DNA of 63,705 nt, counting the filler, from Choristocarpus tenellus KU-1152 (Eukaryota; Protista; Phaeophyceae), in assembly GCA_964200185.2 (NCBI GenBank). It is 9 parts of 9 records of this genome, joined end to end, with 100 filler letters (N's around TTAATTAATTAA, not from the genome) between each part and the next. Parts side by side here need not be neighbours in the genome. Positions count along the whole stretch, not along the records: positions 34,872 to 45,164 come from CAXNAD020003012.1; positions 45,265 to 51,392 come from CAXNAD020008876.1; positions 51,493 to 55,649 come from CAXNAD020015930.1; 6 more parts are not named here. One strand, 5' to 3'. Numbering within the stretch: the first letter of the stretch is position 1; each line of letters opens with the position of its first letter. Under the pieces are notes generated by a model. The model was not told where the DNA came from and did no database searches. It was given only the letters and a program-made list of their open reading frames with translations. The position numbers and the translations under genes were made by a program. Shown piece after piece: positions 38,024 to 52,039 of this stretch.

Positions 38024-38278
38024 TAGTCATAGTAAATGAGATGTACCCAGGTTTTGGCAGTTCTGTATTTCAAACCAGTTTTTTTTTTATCTTTTGCAAT
38101 TGTTTCTGTGGATGAAGTGGTAAGTTTGACTTGAGAACGTTGATTTCTCTATCATTCTGAAAGTGTCAACATAATTCACAAAATATCCTGTACGCATTTG
38201 TAAAAATAGACGATTTTTTTACATAATTTCCAGCGTCCTTACAACGCAAGTTTGGGTACCTCTCGTTTATTTTGACTC
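38024..38278 (+). mobile_element. MITE family D, complete, TSD ACT(T)
   Basis: tAGTCATAGTAAATGAGATGTACCCAG ... TGGGTACCTCTCGTTTATTTTGACTC; ACTT at 38021-38024 and 38279-38282. Confidence 0.8.
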
Positions 38279-40348
38279 ACTTCTCTTGTTTCTATCACCA
38301 CTTCTTAACAACGTTCCATACGTCTGCCTTAACCTACTCCAAAGTTTCCCTTCAAACATCCCTTACTCCTCTATCTGTCCGACCTTCCCCCTTCTGCTTG
38401 AACTATTTTCAGCTATCAATTCCTGAGTTGCTCCGCAAAAATGAGATTAACTAGGTTTCCACTCATCGCCCTCTCAGCGAACTCCCCATATATAGGCGAT
38501 CCCATAAGATATTAGTAACTACCGCTAGACAAGAATTGGTGGACATCTTCAACTATCATCACCCCCCCTCCCCTCCTTTCATCTCACTTGTAGTCCGATC
38601 TTTTTTCGTTAAACACCATATGGAGAAAATGGTTGGTCCAAAATCTTATTTGATTTCATGCTGTATGGCAGGGCCCTGGGCTGTGATGCATTCAACAGTA
38701 GCGTAGAACTCCACGCCATTCACTTTCAAGGTTAGCTCTGATGCACAGACCCCAGAGCTACATACACATTTAGCTCAAGACATAAATTTTCCACAAGCAG
38801 AAACAGACACTCCCTGGCATAGCTCATCCCTGCTATCCAGGCACAGTCCCCCCGTATCCCTATCCTCTTTCCTCCTATTGCTGCTTAAGCACTGTCCCCC
38901 CTGTCTGCGCCTTTCCTCCTGATACGGCTCGAGGATTGTGAGTACTTATTGGAGGATGCCCTCCTTCTCATTTTCCCCCAACACAAGCCCCCAGGAGGTG
39001 CACACCCCTCAAACAGAATACACCCCTTCTTTCCCTTTCCTTCTGGTAATTCAACAGCACCATAGTGTTGGATTTTCTTCTATCTGTTTTCTACAATACT
39101 ATCTGTATTATTGTTATTATTGCTTGTTTTGACTCGCACGTGTGAGACCCCTCGGACGAGTGGGAACAATGAAAAAGATAACACTTACTTGTGATGTAAT
39201 AAAGATTGATGTCCTTGGGAATACCCAGGCCCCACCCATGGTCAGAGGCGCTACACACTGCACTACTACTGTACTCCTCTTTACGAACTAACTGTTGCAC
39301 TTGAGCTAATTGCGCTGCCACATTAGTGCCTCGATTTTTTCTTGAGTATTGGGTTCACCTATCAAACTGCTCACTACTCAAATCCTCCCTCAAATCTCGA
39401 GAAGTACTGCCCTGGCCGCAATGGAACCTTGCCACCACAACTCAGGTTTTCAGTGTTGTTCTTTGGCAAAGTGACAAGACTGGATAGGATGGTAGGTGTA
39501 CCCTTCCATTTTACTCTCCACGTTGTCCATCAAAAGCAAATCTCCTTGAGAAGAAAACATGACCTTGAACCCACACAACACTTTGGAGGCAGGTTATTCT
39601 GAAGGTATAACATGTACAGAGTTAAGGGGCAGAGGTAGAAGGAAACTCAAGGGTCACACTTCCACTCAGTATCACTTCATCCTCTGACCCTCTGGACGAA
39701 ACCTCAAGGCAGCTGCAGTAAGTGCACAACGCTCATCCTTCATGTAACGTTTCCACTGATAAACCCTAAACCAGGTGAAGGAAGACGAGTGATGGAGGGG
39801 ATCAAATACTCTGGAGGAAGGGTCAGTTCATTCTTCCGTTGAACACAGGAATGGTGGCTGGGTCAACATTACCTGTCTGATTTCTCCTTTGAACAGAAAT
39901 TGAATCTTACATCAGTATAGGCCTGTCCTTTAGGTGACATTGTTACATATCGCATCCTTGTACTTTGCCTCCCACCTTCTTGATGTAAGCACGACGTCAA
40001 CTCGCCTAACACAATAAAATAATTTCCAGAAACGGCACAAAAAGAGGGGGGCTGCTGCTGCAGAATACTCCAAGAGCTCCAAACACATACCAGCAGACAA
40101 CAGACCCCTCAAAAATGGCTTCAAGTTGATATTTTCGTACCATGCATCCACATGGTTGTATCGTAAGCAAGCATTCTTATTGTATCATTCCAAATCTCAC
40201 GTTTTTTCTCAGATGCACACCCATCAAAACCATGTACCACCAATTTTGGTTTAGACACCAAAAGAGTTCTTGCTGAGACAGTCTCCTTACCCGAAACGTC
40301 GTACTGCATGGATTTCCTGTCACAACAGGTATGATTGCATTATTTCCA

Positions 40349-43313
40349 CTATGTTATTTTTGTGGCACACGCGCCAATGCCAAGGGCTTCCTCCTTCTTT
40401 GGTCTGGAAAATAATGTAGGCTTGCCTGAGACGACACCTTTATCCACCGCATCATCATTCTGTGCAGAACTCCGTATCTTCATCAAATCCTCTTCTTCAT
40501 GGTCAAGACAAACAGCACTACCCACTACTCCTGCAGTCACAGGCACTTCGCCTACCCCACTCCCTTTGCACCCAGCAGCCTTACCCTTTCTCGCCATGGC
40601 AGTAGACAGCGCCTTTCTCCTCTTCACAGCAGCAGCACCAAACTGGAGGACAAACACGCATTGGAGTACATTGAATATAACCGTCTGGAAGTAGTAAAAA
40701 TTCGCATTCCCAGTACCTGCACGCAGCCACAGATGGCGCATAGTGGGCATGAGAAGGGTGGGGATCACCCCCATGAAGGCAAGAGGAGCAACAAGGCGCA
40801 TCCGTGCAGCTGTCCTTGGGTGGCACATGAACAGGCACGCCGAGAGCATCACATCACCCAGTGTAGGGTAGGTCTGAAAGATGCCGAATATCGCCAAGAG
40901 CAGGTGGGCCTTTTGAGCAGGAGGGGAACAAAAAAGAGGGATAGAACTTCGTATCACAAGGGGAACTTTGGTTATACACGGTGCCCCTACAGGAAAAGGG
41001 TTGAGGCAATGAAACTGTTCTGGGCAGTATCTCTAAAATAATTGTGACTGTGCTTTCCCCACTTGCTCTGCTTTCCTTGACCTTTTGCAAATTGTTAAAG
41101 AGATCCTGCGAATGTTCCCTAACCCTAACTCTAACCCTAACCCAAGTAAACTACCTGTCATGTGAAGAGCTTCCTCCGTCTGGGTCTTAAATCTTCAGAG
41201 AGAGGGAAGTGCAAAGCAATTTACGCTCCCCCAAGTTACTACGCAGTGTACAACAAAGCAAAGGCTTGATGCTATGAACAAGAAGCCTCTGCCGCAATAA
41301 GATGAAACAAAACACTCAATGATCAGGACCCCCGCCAGGGGCACAGTAGAAAAAGAGCATGGTACAGGGGACTACTTCGTCTTTTCCCTGTTCTTGTAGC
41401 ACAGGCCTTCACAGGGACCTTAGCAGAGAAATATCGCTCTCATTGCAAGACCCCCTTTTTGACACGGCCGGAAAAAATGAAATGTGCAGAGCAAAATGTG
41501 GCATAACAAGAAACCCACAGGCACCTCTCTACCACAGGGCTTGTACACAATCAACAAAAGAGCAAAACGATATTCGAGTGGAACAAGGTTTTGTGGAAAA
41601 ATGGAGTTTCTTATCCTTAAACTGCACTCACCAGCACATCTGGAAACATGCCCAGTCGCAAAGTGGCTGGCAATATGTACACATAAGGGTGGCTCAGGAA
41701 CAGGACACGGAAAAAGACCCGGAACCGAGGGAAGATCTCAGTAAAAAAATACCAGTAGAGCCCAACGTTCGGGGTGAGATCCTCACACAACAACTGTGCC
41801 CCCATTGCGGCTCGGAGGAACACCCAGGAACGTGATGTCCACAGCCAGCAGGCACCCAGAATGACACCACACCAAGCTAGAAATGAAACAGGACACTCGA
41901 GCACTTCCCTGGTCGGGAAAGGAAACGATCTTGGGTCAAAACTGCTGGCTTCTGTCTCCCCTTCCTTCCATTCCACAGTTCCTTCCCCATCCTTTGATCG
42001 AACCTTTGCACGGCAAAGGCCACTGGATTTCGCACCGGAAGGACCTGCACAAGTCCTTGCACGTGCCACCATCAGTACAGCCGGCGCCAGGAGCACTGCA
42101 ACATGGAATCTCCATAAGCAAGCCCCAGCAGCCAGGAAAGCAGAAGATAAAGCAGAGCATCCTGCCTGTGCAGCCGCAAGCGCCGCGAGGGGGAAAAGTC
42201 GTCCGATTGTATCACCAGAAAGTGCCACACACTGTCCTATTGACACGGGATTCAGAAGGAACGCGGCCAGAACAGCATCAGGAAGTCTGCTTATGTCCCT
42301 GCCTCCATTTCCAGAAGTCCAAGGTGGCAAGACAGTCGGTTTGGTGTCCTCATCCATCCATTTCTCTAGATTTTTCTCCCTGGTTAGGAGTGGAGGGTAG
42401 GGGGGTATTATAAGCTTCCGTGTTTGTTGGTAACGCATCCACTCCTCTAGCAATTCTTGTCCCACCTCGAACCTTATACTGACATTTCATCTACTGAGCT
42501 AATGAACCGAAAATAATGGAGAGCAAAAGAAAGGAGATATTTCCGTAGGGATTGTAACCCGAGCGAAAATTGCGGCTCAAATGCACATCTCTACAACCTA
42601 TTGATGCTTACTTACCAACCCCACTGCCCTCACTTCTGACACAACTCCAACATCCATAGAGAGACTCACCGCGACGTGGATTCTACCGTCACTACTCGAA
42701 AGCATATGGTTCGGAGGAGGAGACCACACAGTAAGTCTATCCCAGCGTGGAGGAGGATCGCAGCGAGTTGGCCGACCAAGCCAGACAGTTGGTTACAGAT
42801 CTGGACGACAACTAACATCAGTGGTGATCCCGTGAATACGCCTCCGTCGTACGGCGACATGCCACTGTGAAGGTGTGTATGCAAGCCAAACAGTTAAGAT
42901 GGAGCTAAGAAATAGAATTGACCGGAGTATCTTTACCGACAGACGCTGTTAAAGATAGCATTTGGCAACCTGGATATCATTGCACTCTGGCTAAGCAAAA
43001 TGGGCAAGCGGAGACTGAACCTTTTGGCCAGGAAAAGACCTTCTTGTGCCAGCTCCCATGACGATGAGGGCACCACAAGTTCGAGAGTACCCTCCAGCAT
43101 TGGTTGTAACCCGCACATGAAGAGAACCAACCTCAGGGATAATCCTGGCACAAGGGTCAATGGGAATATTGGGGTTGCTTAGCCAGATCTTGCCAATTCT
43201 TGGTTTGAAACGGGGGGAGAAGAGAAACACACAACGACGTAGCTGGGAATGCTCTCACCAGTGCAACAAATCAGGATAGTCCTCACAGGGACATTGCATC
43301 CAGGGGTACCCAT
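40349..43313 (-). CDS. PIGU: GPI transamidase subunit PIG-U; exons 43313-43259, 43144-43021, 42864-42670, 42478 (or 42472)-41632, 40909-40349
   Basis: Family motifs EGLFL...SPYDGGVFTGSPL, LLNPVSI, DLTPNVGLYWYFFTEIFPRFRVFF, YPTLGD, HLWLRAGTGNANFYY; all introns GT-AG with compatible phases. Confidence 0.93.
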
Positions 43314-45006
43314 TGACAAAAGGTAAGTCACCCACGACTCAGTGGGATAAGAAACCTTTTACTATCATATGACCCATACTACTACTACTACTACTACTAT
43401 AGTTGTAAAATATGAACAGAATATCACGGGATGAACACGGGATGGAACATTGCAACCCCATCATATATTTGATGTTCATTAAGTTGGAACAACAGTTTAA
43501 TGAGATAGACCTTTCTTTACAGGTCTTGTAGTAGTTGTAGCCCATTACTATTTGTGAGATTAATTGTTGAAACATTACTAACTCCTGAGGTGTGCTGACT
43601 ATTATAATAACAAGGGCTAATCCCAGGGATGCCAAGGCGTTAGACTTCAGGTTTCGGGCAAGGGTTGCTTTCCCTCTGATCAGTATGACTAACTTTGGTG
43701 GTGCAGATACTAAGTGAGGTTGTGTATCATGGTGGAGTTTTTAGTATTTTGACGGATATGTAACCATGCCCAGTTCGAACCTACGGGGTTAGGTTTTCTT
43801 CAAGCACTAGTGAAACCCTAATGATGTGACTATTATCTGGTTGGCAATAGTAGTAGGGGTTTGATAATGTTTCAACAATAACTGCGATGAAGCACTTCTT
43901 TTGGTTACGGAGACATTATCACTAAATCCGTAAACTATCACGGATAGACAGGTCCAACTTCTTCTATCCGTCTGTTGAGTAAGAGGGAGGGCAGAACCAA
44001 CTCCTTTGTAAGTCGGACCTCGAAACAATTGAGAGCATAATAGGCAGTTCCATACACCCAGCATGAGATCATCCTCAGCCCCTCGCCAACTACTTCTGTA
44101 AATGATGCACAGATACTGTTTAAAATTGAAATAAAGAAAAAAGCTAGAGGTGTTTGGTTGTTGTACTGTGTCACGCTGTAGTCATGGTTGCTTTGGCTCT
44201 TGTTCCTCTTCTCGATATTGTTGCAAGACTATACTTCTTGATTGTTGGAAATATTATTGTGTTGCTCTTGTTGTCCTTGTCCTTGTTGTTCCCCTTGGCG
44301 CCGCTTAGGCATAGTCTACCTGCACCCGTGTCAGTGATGACATGCTTCCTCTGACACATTAACTTTCCCCTAGTAGTTACATCCTGACTTCTCCTGACCC
44401 TGTCATAAAGTGGTCCAAGCAAACGAAGTAGTTAAAAGTACTCTTTCAAATTCAGGCAGGCTAGGATAGTTGTAGGTTAAATGTGGAGTAGATGTGACAT
44501 GGCCTCAAACGTTTAATTTGGGAAAAAAATCGACTCAACAGATACCTCGTCAAGGTACTTTGAATCCTGACTCACGTAAGAAGAGGAGATGCTGAGGACT
44601 GCAGTCCAACTCTGTGGTCCCAACTACTCAAATGAACAAGAAGGGTTATTGTTTTAATGGCTAACTGTTTTCATCATATTTATCCCAGATATTAGATGGC
44701 CATTCGACCACGGATTAGACAGAGTTGCCGTTCTGGACATTATCATAACAATTTCATAGCATCCTCCTTTATCGACACTGCACATCTCCATCCTGCTCTT
44801 TTCTACTGAATGCCACTACTCCTTTTGCACACATTATGGGGTTTTTCCTACACAAAGAGGTGGATAAATCTTGAACTGCTCTGGTGTGTAACCTATTCTT
44901 ACTTATACTTTCGAAAAATGTTACAATAACGATACTCAAATCAGTCACCCATCAACGCAAGTGCACGACTTGATGATCAAGCGCTCTGCCTTCTTTCTTG
45001 ACAAGT

Positions 45007-45164
45007 AGCTCAAAGTATCTGTGGGGAGGTAGCGGCTATCCATTTGGGGTCCATTTTTTTATGTCGCGATTTTGGGGTGATTTGGTTGCATGCGTCGGAT
45101 GGATAATGTAAGAGCAGTTTTCCTGGCCAGGGTGTGAATGGACACCGTGGTGTAATCCCCCACC
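45007..45164 (+). mobile_element. MITE family A (truncated by linker); another family-A right TIR at 45265-45297
   Basis: AGCTCAAAGTATCTGTGGGGAGG plus the family-A interior; CCAAAATACTTTGGGTC after the linker. Confidence 0.8.
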
Positions 45165-46157
45165 NNNNNNNNNNNNNNNNNNNNNNNNNNNNNNNNNNNN
45201 NNNNNNNNTTAATTAATTAANNNNNNNNNNNNNNNNNNNNNNNNNNNNNNNNNNNNNNNNNNNNCCCCCCGCCTCCACCTCCAAAATACTTTGGGTCATA
45301 AAAAAAAATACAAAAAGGGATCGACATCCGTCCAGCACAAACCCTCCCGATACAGTGAGAGTAGTGTGAGATTAACTTGGCTGACACACAACACACGTTA
45401 AAAAATATATATATATATATATTTTTTTTAAATGAAGCTGTTACTGCTGCACCCGTCAGCAAAGATCTCAGCGGGAAGAGAGAGTGACAACAGGATGAAC
45501 AAAGCATACCCGCCCGATGGTCAAATATAATTGTGTTTTTAAAAAAAACTATGGGGAAAGCTACAGAGCGCCACAGAGCAAGTTCAATACAAAAATCATT
45601 ATCACCCCCAGACTCGACCCTTGAATAGGAAGGTTCAAGTTCAACAACCACAAAGAAATGTACGAACTCCAGCGCACTTCACAATCCAGAGTATGTTGTA
45701 ATCAGCAATATGTTTAAATGCATGCTTTTAATTACTGCTCCATTTATTTAAATTTGATTCAAATTGTTAATCGAAACCTCGACCCCAATTACCCAGCACA
45801 CAGTTGTGTCTGTGTGCTATTAATAGACACGTAACACTTGAAAATAGTGTAGTCACGATGTTTGGATTCTTGTGTGCAAATCCTTTTAAAAAATCTGCAG
45901 ATTTATAGAACAATAGGTCAAAACAATAAATTTACTACGAAAATTTATATTTCGTGTTGCGCTAGTCCCTTTCCACAGTACTCTCAACTGACTGTGCTCA
46001 AATACAACCATACAAGAAGCTATGCTAGACATATCTCATATTTTCAGTGTGGTTTCTCTTACATACCAATGCTAATAAAGAATGTTCTAGGATGCCACTG
46101 ATACTACCACACAGCACTTCTAACCTCACAATATAACTGCTATACCATACACCAAAT

Positions 46158-46378
46158 CCTAACCCTAACCCTAACCCTAACCCTAACCCCAACAAAACTC
46201 TCATGTGGAGGGTACATGAAAGAACATCTTACTGTTGCATAGTAGTACCATTACAGACACACCGATTTTTACCTTTAAAAAAACGTCCACCATGCTCTCC
46301 CTCCAAACACTAAACAACCCCCCAACCCATTTCCCCCTCTAACCCTAACCCTAACCCCAACCCCAACCCCAACCCTAA
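46158..46378. repeat. Interstitial telomere-like (CCCTAA)n tracts at 46158-46190 and 46338-46378; shorter tracts near 11042, 41117, 51285, 55931, 58703
   Basis: Direct reading of tandem CCCTAA/TTAGGG units. Confidence 0.9.
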
Positions 46379-46413
46379 TTACAACCGATTTACTGCATAC
46401 AAAGGACACATAC

Positions 46414-49029
46414 CTCAAGGTTTGTTGCCCGTGCCTCCAACTCCACGATCACCTCCTCCGGAACCATCTCTTCCTCTCTCTCTTCCTCCCCACCCTCCTC
46501 ATCCTCCTCTGCCTTCTCCCCATCCTGATCATCTTCAGCCCAAACCTTACCCTGCCCAAATCCCTGCCCTTGACTTTCCTCCCTACCCCCAGCCCAAGAG
46601 CCAAACCCCCTTCTACAGCTGGGATCTGAGCCCCATTGTGATGCCCATGTCCCTTCACCCCTTGCCCACCTCACCCTGTCTGCGCTCCTTGCCCTGGCCC
46701 CGGCACTGACCCTGGAGCCTCCTCTGCCCCAGGGCGCCCTGTTAGCCACAGGCCTAGCCTGTTTTTCCTTTCCGTGGGCCCTAGCACTACCCCGGTGACT
46801 ACGAGACGCTGTGACTGACTTTGGTCGGTTGGGGTCTGTCAGGCGCAAGAGCTCCAGTATCCTGAACAAAATAAGAATCGAACATTGAACTTGTTACAAA
46901 AAGTTGGCTGCCAGATGGGCCTCCTGCCTTACGCGGCCTTCCCCCACCTCACCTACCCCACTCGGAATGAGGACAATCAACACGAGGATGAAAAGAGCAA
47001 AGCACTGATGTTGATGTGCCCATTGCTGCGATGGAAGTGTGTACAACACACAGGCTTGCGTAGTTTGAATAATGAAACCTCACGATGAGCTAATAATGAT
47101 GAGGATCAAAGAATGTGAAAATAGGCCAAGTAGGGAACAGTCACCCTCAGAGCAAAACAGTTTTCAAGGAGGTACCCCATTGTAGATATACCAAGCAGCC
47201 CCAGTCCCCCTCCCCACACCGACTCCTACTCCATACATCCCACTGTCAATGGGATTGATGCACTAGGGTTAGGATTTCAAGATTAAAAGCAGCGATCAAA
47301 GGACTCAATTACTGTCTGGAAAACAAAATCCACTCCCCAAGTTCCCTCATCCCATCTCAGATCCTCAACCACCATCATACTTTACCCCTCAGTCCAGTCT
47401 CACTCCTGACCCCGTAACACTGTCCCCCACTGAATGCTCGCCACTGACACAGTTAATATCCACCCATATACCTCTCTCTGTCAAGGAGTCTCTCCAGTCT
47501 GAGCAATCCCAGGTCGTAATCCTGCTCCAGGTTACTGTACAAGCCCGATTATTAACCCATAGCAAAAAACAAAGAATGGAAAAAAAAATGGGGGGGGCGG
47601 GGGGCGGGTGGGATAACAGTGTGGGGCAGACATCCAACACTTCATAATACGGCCATGACATTAGCCCTTCTGCCCACGAGCTTTGTTGGCATCAGGTGGA
47701 ACAAGCAAGCCTTCGCCTAGTACTACCACTTGCACTTCAAGAGAGGTGTTAGTGAACCTTGAAGAACTTCCTGTCTCCTGCCCCACATCAACTATGTCAC
47801 CCCCCTCTAGCTACCCCACCCTTACGCCTGATCATCTTTTCTCGGTGTTAGTCCTATGATACCAAGAAGGTCAGCATACCTCAATCTCTCTCCCTGTAGC
47901 CGAATAGAGGCATCTCCCTTAGCCTCATACAGGCGCCTGATTTGTTCTGCCTGGATGTGATACACTCTCCTTGCCTTACGTAATTCTTCTAGACGACTGC
48001 TGCCTACTGCACGGGCCTCTGGCCCATCTTCTTTCACCGCAACCCCAGTCACATCAATATCCTCGCTGAATGGTGCTATGCAGATAAGGAAAACAGGTCA
48101 ATGAAGGGGAATGTGGAGGTAGGGAGGCATCAACACAAAGACGTGTGAGTGCCTTTAGGGGCTTGAAAGGTGGTCAGCGAGAATTAAACTATTCTATTAC
48201 AATGTGTAGGAGATTTCACAAATTTTAACTGCATTTAATTAGAACTGAAGAGGTTGCAAATTGGGTGCATTATGGAACAGCATTCACTGTACAGTATTAC
48301 CACTATCAAAGGTTCCAAGGTATTCTGATTTTGCGTCTCATCGCCTGCAGCAATTTTTTCAAAATCAATTAACGAACACAAACTGGGCTCTAGCAAAGTC
48401 TAGAATTCTGCTGCTTGGGGAATAAATATCGCATCTCACACTCATTTCCTCTGTCCTTGCTGTGTACAACGTGCTTTGATGGTGCACTATGAGAAGACTC
48501 CACCAAAGACTTCATCGCGTTGATGTAGGCCAGTCTCTCTCGTTCAAAGCCAAGAATCTGCTTGTAAAACATAGTGGGAAAATCGACACGGTTCCAAGAG
48601 ACTGCACTTAGAAATCACGATGCCGCTGCCCATTCATTCTCTTTGAATTGCATTCCTCTGTGAGACATGCTGTGCTACCTCCCGTGAGACGCCTTTGACT
48701 CTAATGTCTCAGGAACAGACACAGCATTGAACATGCTTGTCACATAGGAGTACACTAAAGTCGCAATATCAGTAATATTGACGCCTAGGGTATCATTAGT
48801 GAATCTCACGATTGACAGCCCTATTAGAGGAGGCACAGTGACACCAACCAACATGACACCAGATCATGGTGATCAGCAATGTAGTTCAGCTTTCCCTGTT
48901 ACACCGTACAATCTAGACAAGCGACTGGACCTTCTTGCGCATGGAATCCACCAGCTCCCTTTCCACATCTTCCCCAAATCCCAGTTCCTCGATGGACCTC
49001 CAGCGTAGTCCATTCTTGTCGCTAGACAT
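46414..49029 (-). CDS. Hypothetical charged/coiled-coil-like protein, 3'-partial; exons 49029-48931, 48557-48440, 48075-47826, 47534-47472, 46861-46414
   Basis: ATG plus five GT-AG-bounded exons with matching phases (0,1,2,2): MSSDKNGLRWRSIEELGF...RKK/ILGFERERLAYINAMK.../...RLEELRKARRVYHIQAEQIRRLYE.../NLEQDYDLGLLRLERLLDRER/ILELLRL...LEARATNLE|GT. No family recognised. Confidence 0.75.
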
Positions 49030-49379
49030 GATCAAGTGCTGACAGTATATCCTTCCTGACGATGGACACTTGATCCAGAATGGGGGAGGTTATCAGGTTG
49101 AGATATAATACACCCAAACGATTTAGGTTCACGATCAGAGGCAGCGGGGGTGGGTGCACCTCACCAAAGTGAAGTGGGAATGTAAGGTACCAAGTCAAAC
49201 ATCCTTATTAGGTCCAACATCATTTTAAATACATACCCAACTGCCAGTAGAGCTACAGAGCGCCTCAAAGCCCTCAAAGCCGCCACCAGAGTCGTACAGC
49301 AATTCCCATACACAGTAGAAACTACCCTCAACCCCGATTCCTCGTCTTTAGTTGGGCGTTCTTGTTCGGCTTCGTTCCC

Positions 49380-51269
49380 ATGCCTCGACTTCGTGAGCTC
49401 TGGGATTCTTTTCTTAGTCAGTGGTACGATGGCCCCAGGGAGCAGCGTTACCTTCTCGTACTCCCCGTCCTCTTCTACGAGTTCTTAGCATTAGCACTTG
49501 TAAGGGGTCTACTTCCTAAGTTGATGCTAAACTTCTGGGGAGATTGGACTTATTCCGTCATCGGCGTACTCGAGACACTTAAAGGGTATGTGTTTATGAA
49601 AGTGTGTGCTCGTTATATGCTATTGCTCCACAATCGTTTTGCCCGATGATGTGAACAGAACCTCCCAAATTAGCTGACCAGCATCGTTACTACAGATGCC
49701 TAGCTTTTGTGGCCTGCCCGATGTTCGGAAGGCTGAGTGATGTTATTGGTCGGAAAAGATGTCTACTCTTGACGGTCATGGGAACAACATTTCCCGTGTG
49801 TACCCTGGCGCTTACACAGAACCTGTGGGTGTTTGCTGCTGCGCTCTCGTTGTCAGGTTAGTTGCCAGAATGAGTGAGATTCCGTATCCTGGCCATGATA
49901 CCCTTGCAGCCGTACAGCAGATGAGGTTTGCCTTAAACTCAAGCTGACCCTCTACTGTTCCTTGGGGCATGCCTAGGTTGTACAAGTGCTGTTGTAGCTT
50001 AATCTCACATCTGCTTGCCCCGACTCCTCGTTTTAGGGATATTCGCGGCTACGTTTCCTCTGACATTCGCTTACATAGCCGATTTCGTACCCCGTGAGGC
50101 ACGTGCACCTGCTTACGGCCTGGCACTAGCTACGTTTGGCCTCTCCTTCTCCATGGGGTAGGTCGTCAATAGTAGTTGCTCGAGGGAGATTGGGGTGACA
50201 ACACTTGTCGAAATGAAAGCGGATTGAAAGATCTCTACAATATCTTTCACATCTAAAAGAGTGGCTTATGACTTAACGTCCCTTGAAAGCAATGAATCTT
50301 GCTAAGGGTATGTTTGGAGGGTAATATTGACTCATGAACTTTTAAACATTTCTATAACAGCAGTAACCTTCAATTTCGCAGTTGGCTGTCGCCTCCTGTC
50401 TCTACTTGATCGTGTTGAAATTGAGGTTGTATTCAAAGGATTTCAGGAGGACACTGATCCAGCCCAATCCCTAGTGTCTTCTGACGGTGACTGTTCTTTC
50501 ATGGTTGTAGGCTAAACTTGATACAGTCTCTGTTGCAACTGAGAGCAATTGAGGAGAGGATCGAAACCCCCACTTGTCGACTTCCGTGTATGTTATGTTT
50601 ATTATTATTTTCAAGCACATCATTGGTACATTGTAGCAGTTCGTTGTATTTTAACGTACAATTCCTCTCCACCTACTTACACCTAGAATAAGAGTGGAAT
50701 CTTCTCTGAGGCACAGAAAGATTCACTCTTGCACCTAACATTGTCTGGAAAACCTCACTATACAACAATACACACCTTGTGTTGATTTTCAATTCGAGTA
50801 TACCAAATATCATGCAATTTACTAGCCCAGGAGTGTTTTCACAGTGCCAGGTACATACATCGCCTTCAAACCAGGTTACCTTACAAAATAGTACACACAA
50901 CACATTCCTTACCCAACGCACTCCAACCCAACCCAAACCAATTTTACCCATAGGCCGTTGATTGGCAGCTACCTAGCCAAGGAATTTGGCAACCAGGCAG
51001 TCTTCGTGTGCTCTGTCCTCCTCACCCTTCTGGACATAGCCTACATAGTCTTTATTCTACCAGAGTCCAGGGATTCTGCAAGCTTTCCTGCTACCTCTAC
51101 CCCGTTGCTGTCTGGTAGTGTCTCCAATAGCGGCACCATCGGTAACAGTGGGAAGGATCTGGGCCGGGGCAGGGTTCACCAGGTTCGCATACCCAATATA
51201 CTGAGGAGGGGCACGCCAGGCTACAGTGAAACCGGGGATCCCAACGGTAACGACTACCTGCCCTTCCAG
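49380..51269 (+). CDS. Major facilitator superfamily transporter, MFSD14/HIAT1-like, 3'-partial; exons 49380-49585, 49696-49856, 50037-50157, 50954-51269
   Basis: MFS motif A GRLSDVIGRK; FAATFPLTFAYIAD...RAPAYGLALATFGLSFSMGPLIGSYL; LDIAYIVFILPES; phases consistent; the C-terminal half is lost at the linker. Confidence 0.9.
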
Positions 51270-51353
51270 GTGATTGACAGTTTCAGGGTTAGGGTTAGAT
51301 CCAGGGTTTTGGTTGGGTTTTTGGAGGGGGGGGGGGGGGGGGGGGGGCTCTTT

Positions 51354-51388
<35 letters not shown>

Positions 51389-52039
51389 GTTTNNNNNNNN
51401 NNNNNNNNNNNNNNNNNNNNNNNNNNNNNNNNNNNNTTAATTAATTAANNNNNNNNNNNNNNNNNNNNNNNNNNNNNNNNNNNNNNNNNNNNGTGGGGTG
51501 TGGGTGGAGGGGGTTGGGGTGTGTGGGGGGGGGGGGGGGGGGGTGGGGGGGGAGGGGGGATTAATCTGTCTGTACGTGGTGATGTCGTATTGATCTTCTT
51601 GTTTGGGGGTTTTGGCCTCTGAATCCAAAGTTCTTGGCATTGACAGAGAGCTCCAAGACACCACTATGTCTGTCCGTCCTCTTGAACTTTTTGGGAATGT
51701 GGAGGAGTCGCCCCCGCCCAGGCTAGTACTGTTGGAACAAGGTTTGCTCCTGCTAAGAGTAGTCCATGCAGTGGTATCGTGTTGTGCCCTAGCAAGGACG
51801 TATGCTGTGGTTATTTGTGCATTTGTAGGTAAGTCATTTGGGATGGAGTCTACCGTTCCTGAGCTCTTGCACAGTCCCCTCGAGGTGTGAAGATCAGTGT
51901 GCACAGTACGAGTGTATTAAGACCCTGTCTGTGTAGCAAAGGGATAGACTTGTATGTCTGTAGTGCGGTCAAAGTAGTCCTTGAGTAGTCCCGCGTTCAG
52001 GGCACAAGATTCACAGTTGGGTGAGATGCAAAAAGGCAC

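Noticed and set aside
41359-42413. Long plus-strand ORFs (158, 208 and 176 aa)
   Set aside because: They are antisense shadows of the PIG-U exon.
43930-44620. Possible downstream exons of the 49029-46414 gene
   Set aside because: They lie across a linker and the phases could not be connected.
45007-45297. One complete MITE spanning the linker
   Set aside because: The ends are on different contigs and the flanks show no TSD, so it was excluded from the TSD tally.
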